This document shows, piece by piece, positions 27,456 to 35,513 of a DNA stretch of 64,000 nt (positions within the stretch are counted from its first letter, which is position 1; each line of letters begins with the position of its first letter). The notes below the pieces were generated by a model. That model worked only from the letters and a program-made list of their open reading frames with translations, made no database searches and was not told the DNA's origin. Source of the DNA: Rubricoccaceae bacterium. GTDB taxonomy: Bacteria; Bacteroidota; Rhodothermia; Rhodothermales; Rubricoccaceae. A program made the translations under genes and the position numbers. Location: assembly GCA_963728345.1 (NCBI GenBank), contig CAVSJM010000007.1, positions 81,155 through 145,154 on the forward strand, written 5' to 3'.

Positions 27456-28751
27456 ATGGAACTCCAGACCGCCCGCCACCTCGCCATCCAGGCCCTCGAC
27501 CAAGGCTGGGCCACCGACTCTCGCTGGGACGGCATTGAGCGCCCCTACACCGCCGCGGACGTGGTCGCCCTGCGCGGGAGCGTCCACGTCGAGCACTCGC
27601 TCGCGCGGCTCGGTGCAGAGCGGCTGTGGAGCCTCCTTCACGACCGGACGTACGTCCCTGCGCTCGGTGCGATGACGGGCGGGCAGGCCGTGCAGCAGGT
27701 GAAGGCCGGGCTGGAGGCCATCTACCTCAGCGGCTGGCAGGTCGCCGCCGACGCCAACCTCGCGGGCAGCGTCTACCCGGACCAGAGCCTCTACCCGGCC
27801 AACTCGGTCCCGACCGTGGTCGAGCGGATCAACAACGCGCTGCTCCGCGCCGACCAGATCGCGACGGCGGAGGACGCGGGAGACGAGACGCACTACCTCG
27901 CGCCCATCGTCGCCGACGCGGAGGCCGGGTTCGGCGGCGCCCTCAACGCCTACGAGCTGATGCGGGCGCTCGTCGCCGCCGGCGCGGCCGGCGTCCATTT
28001 CGAGGACCAGCTCGCGAGCGAGAAGAAGTGCGGCCACCTCGGCGGCAAGGTGCTCGTCCCGACCGGCGAGTTCCTGACCAAGCTCGTCGCCGCCCGCCTC
28101 GCGGCCGACGTCGCTGGGGTTCCGACCGTCCTCATCGCCCGCACCGACGCCGACAGCGCCACGCTCCTCACGAGCGACGTGGACGAGCGCGACCGCCCGT
28201 TCATCCGGAAGGGGATGTCGCGCACCGCCGAGGGATTCCACGCGGTCAAGAACGGGATGGCAGCATGCGTCGCCCGCGGGTTGAGCTACGCACCCTATGC
28301 CGATCTGCTCTGGATGGAGACGAGCCACCCGGACTTGGGGCAGGCCCGCGAGTTCGCGGGAGCGATCCACGCGCAGTTCCCGGGCAAGAAGCTGGCATAC
28401 AACTGCTCGCCTAGCTTCAACTGGGAGGCCCACCTCGACCGCGACACGATCGCCCGCTTCCAGAGCGAGCTGGCTGCGATGGGCTACGCCTTCCAGTTCG
28501 TCACGCTCGCCGGCTTCCACGCCCTGAACCATTCCATGTTCGACCTCGCACACGGCTACGCCCGGCGAGGGATGGCCGCCTACAGCGACCTCCAGCGGAC
28601 CGAGTTCGAGGCCGAGGCGCGCGGCTACACGGCCACCCGGCACCAGCGCGAAGTGGGCACCGGCTACTTCGACCGGATCCGCGACGTGGTGACGGGGGGG
28701 GCGGCGTCGACCAGCGCCATGGCCCACTCGACGGAGGCGGCCCAGTTCTGA
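27456..28751 (+). CDS. aceA: Isocitrate lyase
   Basis: [71 protein letters not shown]. Confidence 0.98.
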   Translation: MELQTARHLAIQALDQGWATDSRWDGIERPYTAADVVALRGSVHVEHSLARLGAERLWSLLHDRTYVPALGAMTGGQAVQQVKAGLEAIYLSGWQVAADANLAGSVYPDQSLYPANSVPTVVERINNALLRADQIATAEDAGDETHYLAPIVADAEAGFGGALNAYELMRALVAAGAAGVHFEDQLASEKKCGHLGGKVLVPTGEFLTKLVAARLAADVAGVPTVLIARTDADSATLLTSDVDERDRPFIRKGMSRTAEGFHAVKNGMAACVARGLSYAPYADLLWMETSHPDLGQAREFAGAIHAQFPGKKLAYNCSPSFNWEAHLDRDTIARFQSELAAMGYAFQFVTLAGFHALNHSMFDLAHGYARRGMAAYSDLQRTEFEAEARGYTATRHQREVGTGYFDRIRDVVTGGAASTSAMAHSTEAAQF

Positions 28752-28773
28752 GTCCTCTCTGCTCGACCGTCGT

Positions 28774-28803
28774 CGCGGCGGGCGGCACCCGTCGCCCGCC
28801 GCG
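28774..28803 (+). terminator. GC-rich stem-loop between aceA and the aminotransferase
   Basis: Perfect 11-bp stem CGCGGCGGGCG/CGCCCGCCGCG with no U-tract. Could be a terminator or an mRNA-stabilising hairpin. Confidence 0.5.
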
Positions 28804-28835
28804 CGCGTTGCAGGTGCCTCGCTTTCGCTGCTCGT

Positions 28836-30023
28836 ATGCCCGTCTCTGCCTTCGACCCGCCCCGCCGGACCCTGATGGGCCCCGGCCCCTCGCCGATCCA
28901 CCCCGACGTGCTGGCGGCCCTCGCCAAGCCCACCGTCGGCCACCTCGACCCCGCGTTCGTGGCCCTCATGGAGGAGGTTCGCGCGCTACTCCAGGCCACG
29001 TTCCTCACCGAGAACCGGCTGACGATGCCGATTTCGGGCCCGGGGACGGCCGGGATGGAGGCGTGCGTCGTTAACCTCGTCGAGCCGGGGACGACCGTCG
29101 TGGTATGCCGGAACGGCGTGTTCGGCGAGCGGCTGCGCCAGATGGTGGAGCGGGCCGGCGGCGTGGCCGTCGTGGTGGACACGGAGTGGGGGCGGGCCGT
29201 CCCGCCCGAGACGCTGGCCGACGCGCTCGACGCGCACCCCGAGGCGGAGGTCGTCGCGTTCGTCCACGCCGAGACCTCCACGGGCGCGCTTTCCGACGCT
29301 GCCACGCTCGCGCACATCGCCCGCGAGCACGACTGTCTCGTCATCGCCGACACCGTCACGAGCCTCGGCGGTGTCCCGGTGCGCGTGGACGCGTGGGGCC
29401 TCGACGCGGTCTACTCCGGCACCCAGAAGTGTCTCTCCGCGCCGCCCGGGCTGTCGCCCGTCACCTTCTCCGACGACGCCCTGGCCGTCATCCGTCAGCG
29501 CGAGCGCCCGGTCCAGTCGTGGTTCCTTGACGTGTCGCTCGTGGCGACGTACTGGGACCCGCAGACGGCGGGAGGGACGACGCGGGCGTACCACCACACG
29601 GCGCCGGTCAACATGGTGTACGCGCTCTACGAGGCGCTGCGGCGGCTACAGGCCGAGGGGCTGGAGGCCGCCTGGGACCGTCACGCGCAGATGCACGCCG
29701 CCCTCGCGGCCGGGCTGGAGGCGCTCGGTCTCCGATTCGTCGTCCCGGAGGGGGAGCGCCTGCCCCAGCTCAACGCCGTCTACGTCCCCGACGGCGTGGA
29801 CGACGCGGCCACGCGCCGTCGGCTCCTCGACGAGTACGGCCTGGAGATCGGCGGTGGCCTGGGCGACCTCGCCGGCAAGGCGTGGCGGATCGGGCTGATG
29901 GGGGAGGGCGCGCGCCCGGCACCCGTCCGTCACTCCCTCCGCGCGCTGGAAGCCGTCCTGGGCCGCGACGGCGCCCTCGATGCGGCCAACGAGCACCTCG
30001 CCTCCGTCGACGCGGCGGCGTGA
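28836..30023 (+). CDS. Alanine--glyoxylate / serine--pyruvate aminotransferase (class V PLP)
   Basis: LMGPGPS, GHLDP, SGPGTAGME, VHAETSTG, DTVTSLGG, YSGTQKC (PLP lysine), YHHTAP, WRIGLMG. Confidence 0.92.
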   Translation: MPVSAFDPPRRTLMGPGPSPIHPDVLAALAKPTVGHLDPAFVALMEEVRALLQATFLTENRLTMPISGPGTAGMEACVVNLVEPGTTVVVCRNGVFGERLRQMVERAGGVAVVVDTEWGRAVPPETLADALDAHPEAEVVAFVHAETSTGALSDAATLAHIAREHDCLVIADTVTSLGGVPVRVDAWGLDAVYSGTQKCLSAPPGLSPVTFSDDALAVIRQRERPVQSWFLDVSLVATYWDPQTAGGTTRAYHHTAPVNMVYALYEALRRLQAEGLEAAWDRHAQMHAALAAGLEALGLRFVVPEGERLPQLNAVYVPDGVDDAATRRRLLDEYGLEIGGGLGDLAGKAWRIGLMGEGARPAPVRHSLRALEAVLGRDGALDAANEHLASVDAAA

Positions 30024-30076
30024 TACCAGGGGCGGAGGTGCCGCGTTGGGGACCTTCCGGGGCGCCCCGCGTTCCA

Positions 30077-30106
30077 TTGACACTCGGCCCCCGGCCGGTC
30101 TATCCT
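30077..30106 (+). promoter_or_regulatory. Putative sigma70-type promoter
   Basis: TTGACA (30077-82), 18-nt spacer, TATCCT (30101-06), 27 nt upstream of the ATG at 30134. Confidence 0.55.
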
Positions 30107-30133
30107 GTCCGATCCTCCTGCAGACCCCTGCCG

Positions 30134-30718
30134 ATGCGTCCCGCCGCCCTCGCGCTCCTGCTCGCCCTTTTCCTCGTCGCCTCGCCGGCGAGCGCCCAGC
30201 GCACGGCCGACCTGCCGGGCCGCCAGTCGCCGGTGGCCCTCACCGACGGCCCGGGGACGCCCTCGCTCAGCTTCGGGCAGCTCTTCAATGCCGAGACGCT
30301 CAAGTTCAGTCAGTCGTACGAGATGTCGTACAGCAGCGGGCTCGGGGGGAGCGTCGGGCTCGGGGTGTACACGACGTCGCTGCGGTGGCAGCCGTCGAGC
30401 CGCCTCGCCGGCCGCCTCGACGTGGGCGTCGCGCACAGCCCGTTCGGCGATGCCGGCATGCAGAGCGCGCTCGGGTTCGAGAACGGGACCGACACGCGCG
30501 TCTTCCTGCGCAACGCCGAGCTGGCCTACAAGCCGACGGAAAACAGCGTCATTCACCTCAGCGTGCAGCAGAGCCCCTTCGGCCGCTACGCCTCGCCGTA
30601 CGGTTCCGCCAGCCCCTACCGTCTGGGCTACGGGGTCAGTCCGTACAGCCGCACCGGCATCTCCGCCTCGTTTGCTCCGTCTGACTCCGACCGCCTGTTC
30701 TTCCGCGACCCGGAGTAA
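30134..30718 (+). CDS. Secreted hypothetical protein (beta-strand rich)
   Basis: Signal peptide MRPAALALLLALFLVASPASAQ, GC3-biased codons, alternating beta-strand pattern, SPY-rich tail. First gene of a + strand run. Confidence 0.75.
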   Translation: MRPAALALLLALFLVASPASAQRTADLPGRQSPVALTDGPGTPSLSFGQLFNAETLKFSQSYEMSYSSGLGGSVGLGVYTTSLRWQPSSRLAGRLDVGVAHSPFGDAGMQSALGFENGTDTRVFLRNAELAYKPTENSVIHLSVQQSPFGRYASPYGSASPYRLGYGVSPYSRTGISASFAPSDSDRLFFRDPE

Positions 30719-30729
30719 GGGGCGCGCCC

Positions 30730-31200
30730 ATGGCTGAGTCCCGTCTGAGCGACGGCCTGCTGAACGCCGCCCTCCTCGTGGGGGGCGTCATCGTCCTGGT
30801 GCTGCTCTACGGGTTCGTGAGCCGGTCGTTCGTACCGCGCACGACGCCCACGCGCGCCGGCGTCGAGGAGAGCCCGACCGCCAACAGCCGGATCAAGGTG
30901 GAGGTGCGTAACGCGGCTGCGGTGGACGGGCTGGCGGGGGCCGCCACCGAGCACCTCCGGCGGCGCGGGTTCGACGTGGTCGAGATCGGAAACGCGGCAT
31001 TCCGGGACACTTCCACCGTCCTCGTGCGTTCCGGTACGGCCCTTGATGCGCGTCACGTGGCGCAGGCCCTGGGCCTCGGCGCCGAGCGCGTCGTGACCGG
31101 CGGGCCCACCAACGACTACTCGCTCGACGTGACCGTCACGCTCGGCGCCGACTACTACCCCGACTTTGCTCCTTTCGAGATTTTCGAACCGACCGACTGA
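30730..31200 (+). CDS. LytR C-terminal domain-containing membrane protein
   Basis: N-terminal TM, then IKVEVRNAAAVDGLAG...LRRRGFDVVEIGNA...DVTVTLGADY (LytR_C signature). Confidence 0.88.
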   Translation: MAESRLSDGLLNAALLVGGVIVLVLLYGFVSRSFVPRTTPTRAGVEESPTANSRIKVEVRNAAAVDGLAGAATEHLRRRGFDVVEIGNAAFRDTSTVLVRSGTALDARHVAQALGLGAERVVTGGPTNDYSLDVTVTLGADYYPDFAPFEIFEPTD

Positions 31201-31204
31201 CCAT

Positions 31205-31648
31205 ATGCCTTCTGCCTCGACTCAGCCTCGCAGCGGCCGTGCGCCGCGTACCAGCCCGACGCCCGGCCGCGTGCTCGCCCAACTCGCCATCGACGCCGCC
31301 CTCGACAAGCGGGCGCTCGACGTCACCGTCATGGACCTCCGGGGGATCTCCGGCGAGGTCGACTACTTCGTGATCGCGACGGGCGAGTCCGACCTCCAGA
31401 TCAAGGCGATCGTGGACGGCGTCGTGGACACGATCCGGACGGAGGCGGGGGAGCGGCCGGTGTCCAAGGAGGGCCAGCCGGGGTCGAGCCGCTGGATCGT
31501 CCTCGACTACTTCGACCTCGTCGTCCACGTCTTCGACCCCGAACTCCGGGCGCACTACGACCTGGAGCGGCTCTGGGGCGACGCCCCGACCGAGACCGTC
31601 AGCGACGAGCAGCCGACGGCCGCGCTCCTCGCCGAGCCCTCGGCCTGA
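31205..31648 (+). CDS. rsfS: Ribosome silencing factor RsfS
   Basis: DKRALDVTVMDL, DYFVIATG, EG...WIVLDYFDLVVHVF...R.HYDLERLW. Confidence 0.95.
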   Translation: MPSASTQPRSGRAPRTSPTPGRVLAQLAIDAALDKRALDVTVMDLRGISGEVDYFVIATGESDLQIKAIVDGVVDTIRTEAGERPVSKEGQPGSSRWIVLDYFDLVVHVFDPELRAHYDLERLWGDAPTETVSDEQPTAALLAEPSA

Positions 31649-32166
31649 TGCGGGGGGCCCTCCTCCTGCTCGTCGCCGCGAGCACGGTCGTCCTCGCCGC
31701 CTGCGCCGGGGGCGCCGGCTCCCAGGCGCCTGAGCGCGACCGGTTCGGCTACCGCGTGGGCGGCGTCGGGCCGGACGGGCGCGAGACTGTCCTCCTCACG
31801 CCGGTCTCCGACAGCACGCGGTACCTCTTCTTCCCGGCCGTCGTGGACTCCGTGGCGATCCGCCCGGCGGGCCGCCCAGCCACGGGTGACGCCGTCGCCG
31901 TGGAGGTGCTGGTGAAAGGGACCCTCCCGGACGCCTGCGCCCAGCTGACCGAGGCCGAGCAGCAGCGCCAGAGCCACTACGTGACGGTCGACCTCACCAT
32001 GCGCCAGCCGCTGGAGTCGGTCTGCGCCCAGGTGGTCCGCCCGTTCCGGTTCTACCTCATGCTGGACGGCGCCTACGAGGCGGGGAGCTACACGCTCACG
32101 CTCAACGGGACCACCTACCCGTTCCAGATTCTCCCGGCGCGCGCGGTCCCCGACGACGCCGGATGA
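31648..32166 (+). CDS. Hypothetical lipoprotein
   Basis: Lipobox VLAAC. Cys pair in GTLPDAC...SVCAQV suggests a disulfide-linked beta domain. Translationally coupled on both sides. Confidence 0.75.
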   Translation: MRGALLLLVAASTVVLAACAGGAGSQAPERDRFGYRVGGVGPDGRETVLLTPVSDSTRYLFFPAVVDSVAIRPAGRPATGDAVAVEVLVKGTLPDACAQLTEAEQQRQSHYVTVDLTMRQPLESVCAQVVRPFRFYLMLDGAYEAGSYTLTLNGTTYPFQILPARAVPDDAG

Positions 32167-32558
32167 CGCCGACGCACCGGGGCTGGCAGATCGTCGCGGC
32201 GGCCGGGGTCGCCGGCGCGATCGCCGTCGCGGTCGGGGCGTTCGGGGCGCACGCGCTCCGCGACGCCGTCTCGTCCGACCGACTGGCGACGTGGCAGACC
32301 GGCGCGAGCTACCACCTCGCCCACGCGCTCGCCGCGGCGCTCGCGGGCGTCGTCGCGGCGTGGACCGGTTCGGGGGCGGCGGTCTGGGCCGGGCGCCTGT
32401 TTCTGGTCGGGATCGTCCTGTTCTCGGGGAGCCTCTACGCGCTCGTCCTCCTCGACCTGGGCGTGCTCGGGGCCGTGACCCCTCTCGGCGGCGTCGCCTT
32501 CATCGCCGGGTGGATCGCCCTTGCCGTCGCGGCGTGGCGGGCGCGTCCGGCGGCGTAG
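32163..32558 (+). CDS. DUF423 (YgdD/TMEM256) membrane protein
   Basis: GAFGAHAL, WQTGASYHLAHA, LFSGSLY, GAVTPLGG. Confidence 0.92.
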   Translation: MTPTHRGWQIVAAAGVAGAIAVAVGAFGAHALRDAVSSDRLATWQTGASYHLAHALAAALAGVVAAWTGSGAAVWAGRLFLVGIVLFSGSLYALVLLDLGVLGAVTPLGGVAFIAGWIALAVAAWRARPAA

Positions 32559-33071
32559 CTAGGGACTCGCCTCGCCGATCACCCGTCCCTCGGTCACGAA
32601 CGAGATTCCTTGCTGCCCGGCCGTGCTGATCATGACGGCCTCGACCACGGGCGCTGCCACCGGCCCGTCCGCCGTCCACTCCACGAGGAAGCTGGCACCG
32701 GAGCCGCCGGCCCGGTCGCTCTCGTCGACGACGAAGGCGGCCGTCGCGAGGGGACCGAGGACGCGCGGGGCGTCGAGATATGAGCGGAGCGTCTGTCCGT
32801 CCGAGCCGACGTAGCGGATATCGGTGAGGCGGATCGACGCGCTAGGATCGGCGTTGCGGACGCTGAGCGTGGTCGTCAGGTCGACGGGCCGCTGGTCGTC
32901 ACCGGAGTAGACGTGCGAGTAGGCCGGGACGTAGACGACCTGCCCGGCGGGCGCGCCAGCGAGCGAGGCGCCTGGCGCAGCTGCCGAGTCGGGCGGCGCG
33001 GTCGAGGGGGGCTCCGGCGCGGAAGGCTCCGCGCACGCGGCCAGGAGGAGGAGGGCGACGGTCCAGCGCAT
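32559..33071 (-). CDS. DUF3124 lipoprotein
   Basis: Lipobox LLAAC, VYVPAYSHVY, TLSVRN, GGSGASFLVEW, PVVEAVMI, GISFVTEG. Confidence 0.88.
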   Translation of the reverse strand: MRWTVALLLLAACAEPSAPEPPSTAPPDSAAAPGASLAGAPAGQVVYVPAYSHVYSGDDQRPVDLTTTLSVRNADPSASIRLTDIRYVGSDGQTLRSYLDAPRVLGPLATAAFVVDESDRAGGSGASFLVEWTADGPVAAPVVEAVMISTAGQQGISFVTEGRVIGEASP

Positions 33072-33074
33072 GGC

Positions 33075-34085
33075 TCAGCGCGCGAGGACCGCGTCGATCG
33101 CCGCGATCTCGTCGTCCGAGAGCGGCGGCTGGCTCAGCATCTCGACCGCCTCTTCGATCTGCCCGACCCGGCTCGCGCCGATGAGGGTGGACGTCACCTC
33201 CGGGCGGCGGCGCGTCCAGGCGAGCGCGAGCTGGGCCATCGTCTGGCCTCGGCCCTGGGCGATCTCGCGGAGCTGCCGGACCGTCTCCACCACGTCGTTC
33301 GTCACCTGGTCCTCGCGGAGGAAGCCCGTCGCCTTCGCCGCGCGCGACTCGGGCGGGATGCCGTCGAGGTACTTGTCGGTGAGGAGGCCCTGCGCGAGCG
33401 GCGAGTACGCGATCGCACCGACGCCCTCGTCCGTCAGCACGTCGAACAGGCCGTCCTCCGGGTCGCGGACAAACATGCTGTACTTCGGTTGGTGGATGAG
33501 GAGCGGAGTCCCCATCTCGTCGAGGAGGTGGGCCGCTTCGCGCGCCGCCTCCGGCGGGTAATTCGAGATGCCGGGGTACAGCGCCTTGCCGGTGTGGACG
33601 GCGTGGGCGAGCGCCCCCATCGTCTCTTCCAGCGGCGTGTCCGGGTCGAAGCGGTGGCTGTAGAAGATGTCGACGTACTCCAGGCCCATCCGGTCGAGGC
33701 TCTGGTCGAGGCTGGCGAGGAGGTACTTCCGCGAGCCCCACTCGCCGTACGGGCCAGGCCACATCCGGTAGCCCGCCTTCGTCGAGATGATCAGCTCGTC
33801 GCGGTAGTCCGCCAGCTCTTCCGCCAGGATGCGCCCGAACGTCTCCTCCGCCGATCCTGGGTTCGGGCCGTAATTGTTGGCGAGGTCGAAGTGCGTGATG
33901 CCGAGGTCGAACGCCCGGAGCGCCATCGCGCGGGCATTTTCGTAGGTATCGACGCTCCCGAAGTTGTGCCAGAGGCCGAGCGAGACGGCCGGGAGTGTCA
34001 GCCCGGACCGCCCGCACCGGACGTAGTCCATGGCGTCGTAGCGGTCGGCGGCGGGGCGGGAGGGCGGGGCGTCTCGGTAGATCAC
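33075..34085 (-). CDS. mgrA: Aldo/keto reductase, L-glyceraldehyde-3-phosphate reductase (YghZ/MgrA-like)
   Basis: SLGLWHNFG, GITHFDLANNYGP, STKAGY, GSRKYLLASLDQSL, DIFYSHR, SPLAQGLLT. Confidence 0.93.
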   Translation of the reverse strand: MIYRDAPPSRPAADRYDAMDYVRCGRSGLTLPAVSLGLWHNFGSVDTYENARAMALRAFDLGITHFDLANNYGPNPGSAEETFGRILAEELADYRDELIISTKAGYRMWPGPYGEWGSRKYLLASLDQSLDRMGLEYVDIFYSHRFDPDTPLEETMGALAHAVHTGKALYPGISNYPPEAAREAAHLLDEMGTPLLIHQPKYSMFVRDPEDGLFDVLTDEGVGAIAYSPLAQGLLTDKYLDGIPPESRAAKATGFLREDQVTNDVVETVRQLREIAQGRGQTMAQLALAWTRRRPEVTSTLIGASRVGQIEEAVEMLSQPPLSDDEIAAIDAVLAR

Positions 34086-34221
34086 AGCAGGGACGGGCAG
34101 GAGGGGAGGGGCTAGCGCCAGATCATCGGGACGTCCAGACGGACATCGAACAGGAGAAGTTCGTTGTCGGCGCCGAACGAGAGGTCGATCGCGTCGGCGT
34201 CGGTGAGGGCCGAATACACGC

Positions 34222-34252
34222 GCGCCACCCCAACGCGGAGCCGGGGTGGCGC
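34222..34252 (-). terminator. Stem-loop downstream of the acidic hypothetical gene
   Basis: Perfect 10-bp stem GCGCCACCCC/GGGGTGGCGC, about 20 nt after the stop at 34273. Confidence 0.5.
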
Positions 34253-34272
34253 AGGGCGAAGGGGCGGAGCGC

Positions 34273-34629
34273 CTAGGCCGCGTCCTCGTCGAAGAGGATC
34301 ATGAAGCTGGGGGCGAGGTTGTTGTCGCGGGCCAGGTTCATGAGCACCTCGGCGGCCTCCTCGGGCGTCGGGAAGGTCCCGTGCTCCTGGCCGTCGACGG
34401 CCAGTGCGTAGTCGACCTCCCCGTCCTCGTCGGCGTCGAGCTCTTCCCACTCGACGGCCTCCTCGATGAGGAAGGTGTCGCGGTCGGGGTCGTAGGAGGC
34501 GAGGAAACGCTCGCGGACGCTCTCCTTATCGATGAGGCTCACGTTGCCGAGGGCGCCGTACTCCTCGTCGTAGAAGAGGGCCTCCGCGAGGAGCTGGCGG
34601 GCGAACTGGTCGACGTTAAATGGGGGCAT
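34273..34629 (-). CDS. Highly acidic hypothetical protein
   Basis: 118 aa with strong GC3 bias and a C-rich leader before ATG. Very D/E-rich. No family recognised. Confidence 0.8.
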   Translation of the reverse strand: MPPFNVDQFARQLLAEALFYDEEYGALGNVSLIDKESVRERFLASYDPDRDTFLIEEAVEWEELDADEDGEVDYALAVDGQEHGTFPTPEEAAEVLMNLARDNNLAPSFMILFDEDAA

Positions 34630-34708
34630 GGGATGGGCAGGGTGGGGGAAGGGACGTCGGTGCGTTCAACGTACACCGCCCCGGGTCAAGTTGCCCCGAC
34701 GGGCAGAT

Positions 34709-35479
34709 TTACACGCCGGCTCCATCCGCCGCCGTCTGGACCGCCGCCCAGACTTCGCCCGGGTCGCGGTCCTCGAGGGCCAGGCCGAGCCGGTCGCCGA
34801 GGTGCGCGAGGAGCCGGTCCGTCACCTCCGAACCGACCGGGCGGGCACTCTCGCGTTCCAGCGAGGTCACGCCCCGGTCGTCGATCCCGCAGGGGACGAT
34901 CAGGTCGAACCAGCCGAGGTCCGTCGTCACGTTCAGGGCAAGGCCGTGCATCGTCACCCAGCGCGAGCATCGCACGCCCATCGCACACACCTTGCGCTCC
35001 TCGCCCCGTGCGTCGGGCCCGACCCAGACGCCGGTGCGGCCCGGGACGCGCCCGGCCGTCACGCCCCACTCGGCGCACGTCCGGATGACGGCCTCTTCCA
35101 ACTCGCGGAGGTAACGGTGGAGGTCGTGGAGCGACTCGCCCTCGGGGGTTGTCAGCCGGTCGAGGTCGAGGATCGGGTAGACCACGACCTGCCCGGGTCC
35201 GTGGAACGTGATGTCGCCGCCGCGGTCGACGGGCACGAACGTGGCGCCGCGCGCCGCGAGGTCGGCCTCGCTGGCGAGGAGGTTCGCGCGGTCGCCGCTT
35301 TTGCCGAGCGTGAACACCGGCGGGTGCTCGACGACGAGGACGACGTGCGGGACCGACACGGGCGGGTCGGACCGCTTGGCCGCGACGAGGCCCTCCTGCA
35401 GGCGCCCCTGGAGCGCCCACGCCTCGCGGTACGGCATGCGCCCGAGGCGGACGACGTGGGCGGGATTGCGGACGGGCAT
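34709..35479 (-). CDS. lipB: Lipoyl(octanoyl) transferase LipB
   Basis: [49 protein letters not shown]. Confidence 0.96.
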   Translation of the reverse strand: MPVRNPAHVVRLGRMPYREAWALQGRLQEGLVAAKRSDPPVSVPHVVLVVEHPPVFTLGKSGDRANLLASEADLAARGATFVPVDRGGDITFHGPGQVVVYPILDLDRLTTPEGESLHDLHRYLRELEEAVIRTCAEWGVTAGRVPGRTGVWVGPDARGEERKVCAMGVRCSRWVTMHGLALNVTTDLGWFDLIVPCGIDDRGVTSLERESARPVGSEVTDRLLAHLGDRLGLALEDRDPGEVWAAVQTAADGAGV

Positions 35480-35513
35480 GGCAGCGGGCGACGACGGCGG
35501 TTGAGGCGCCTGC

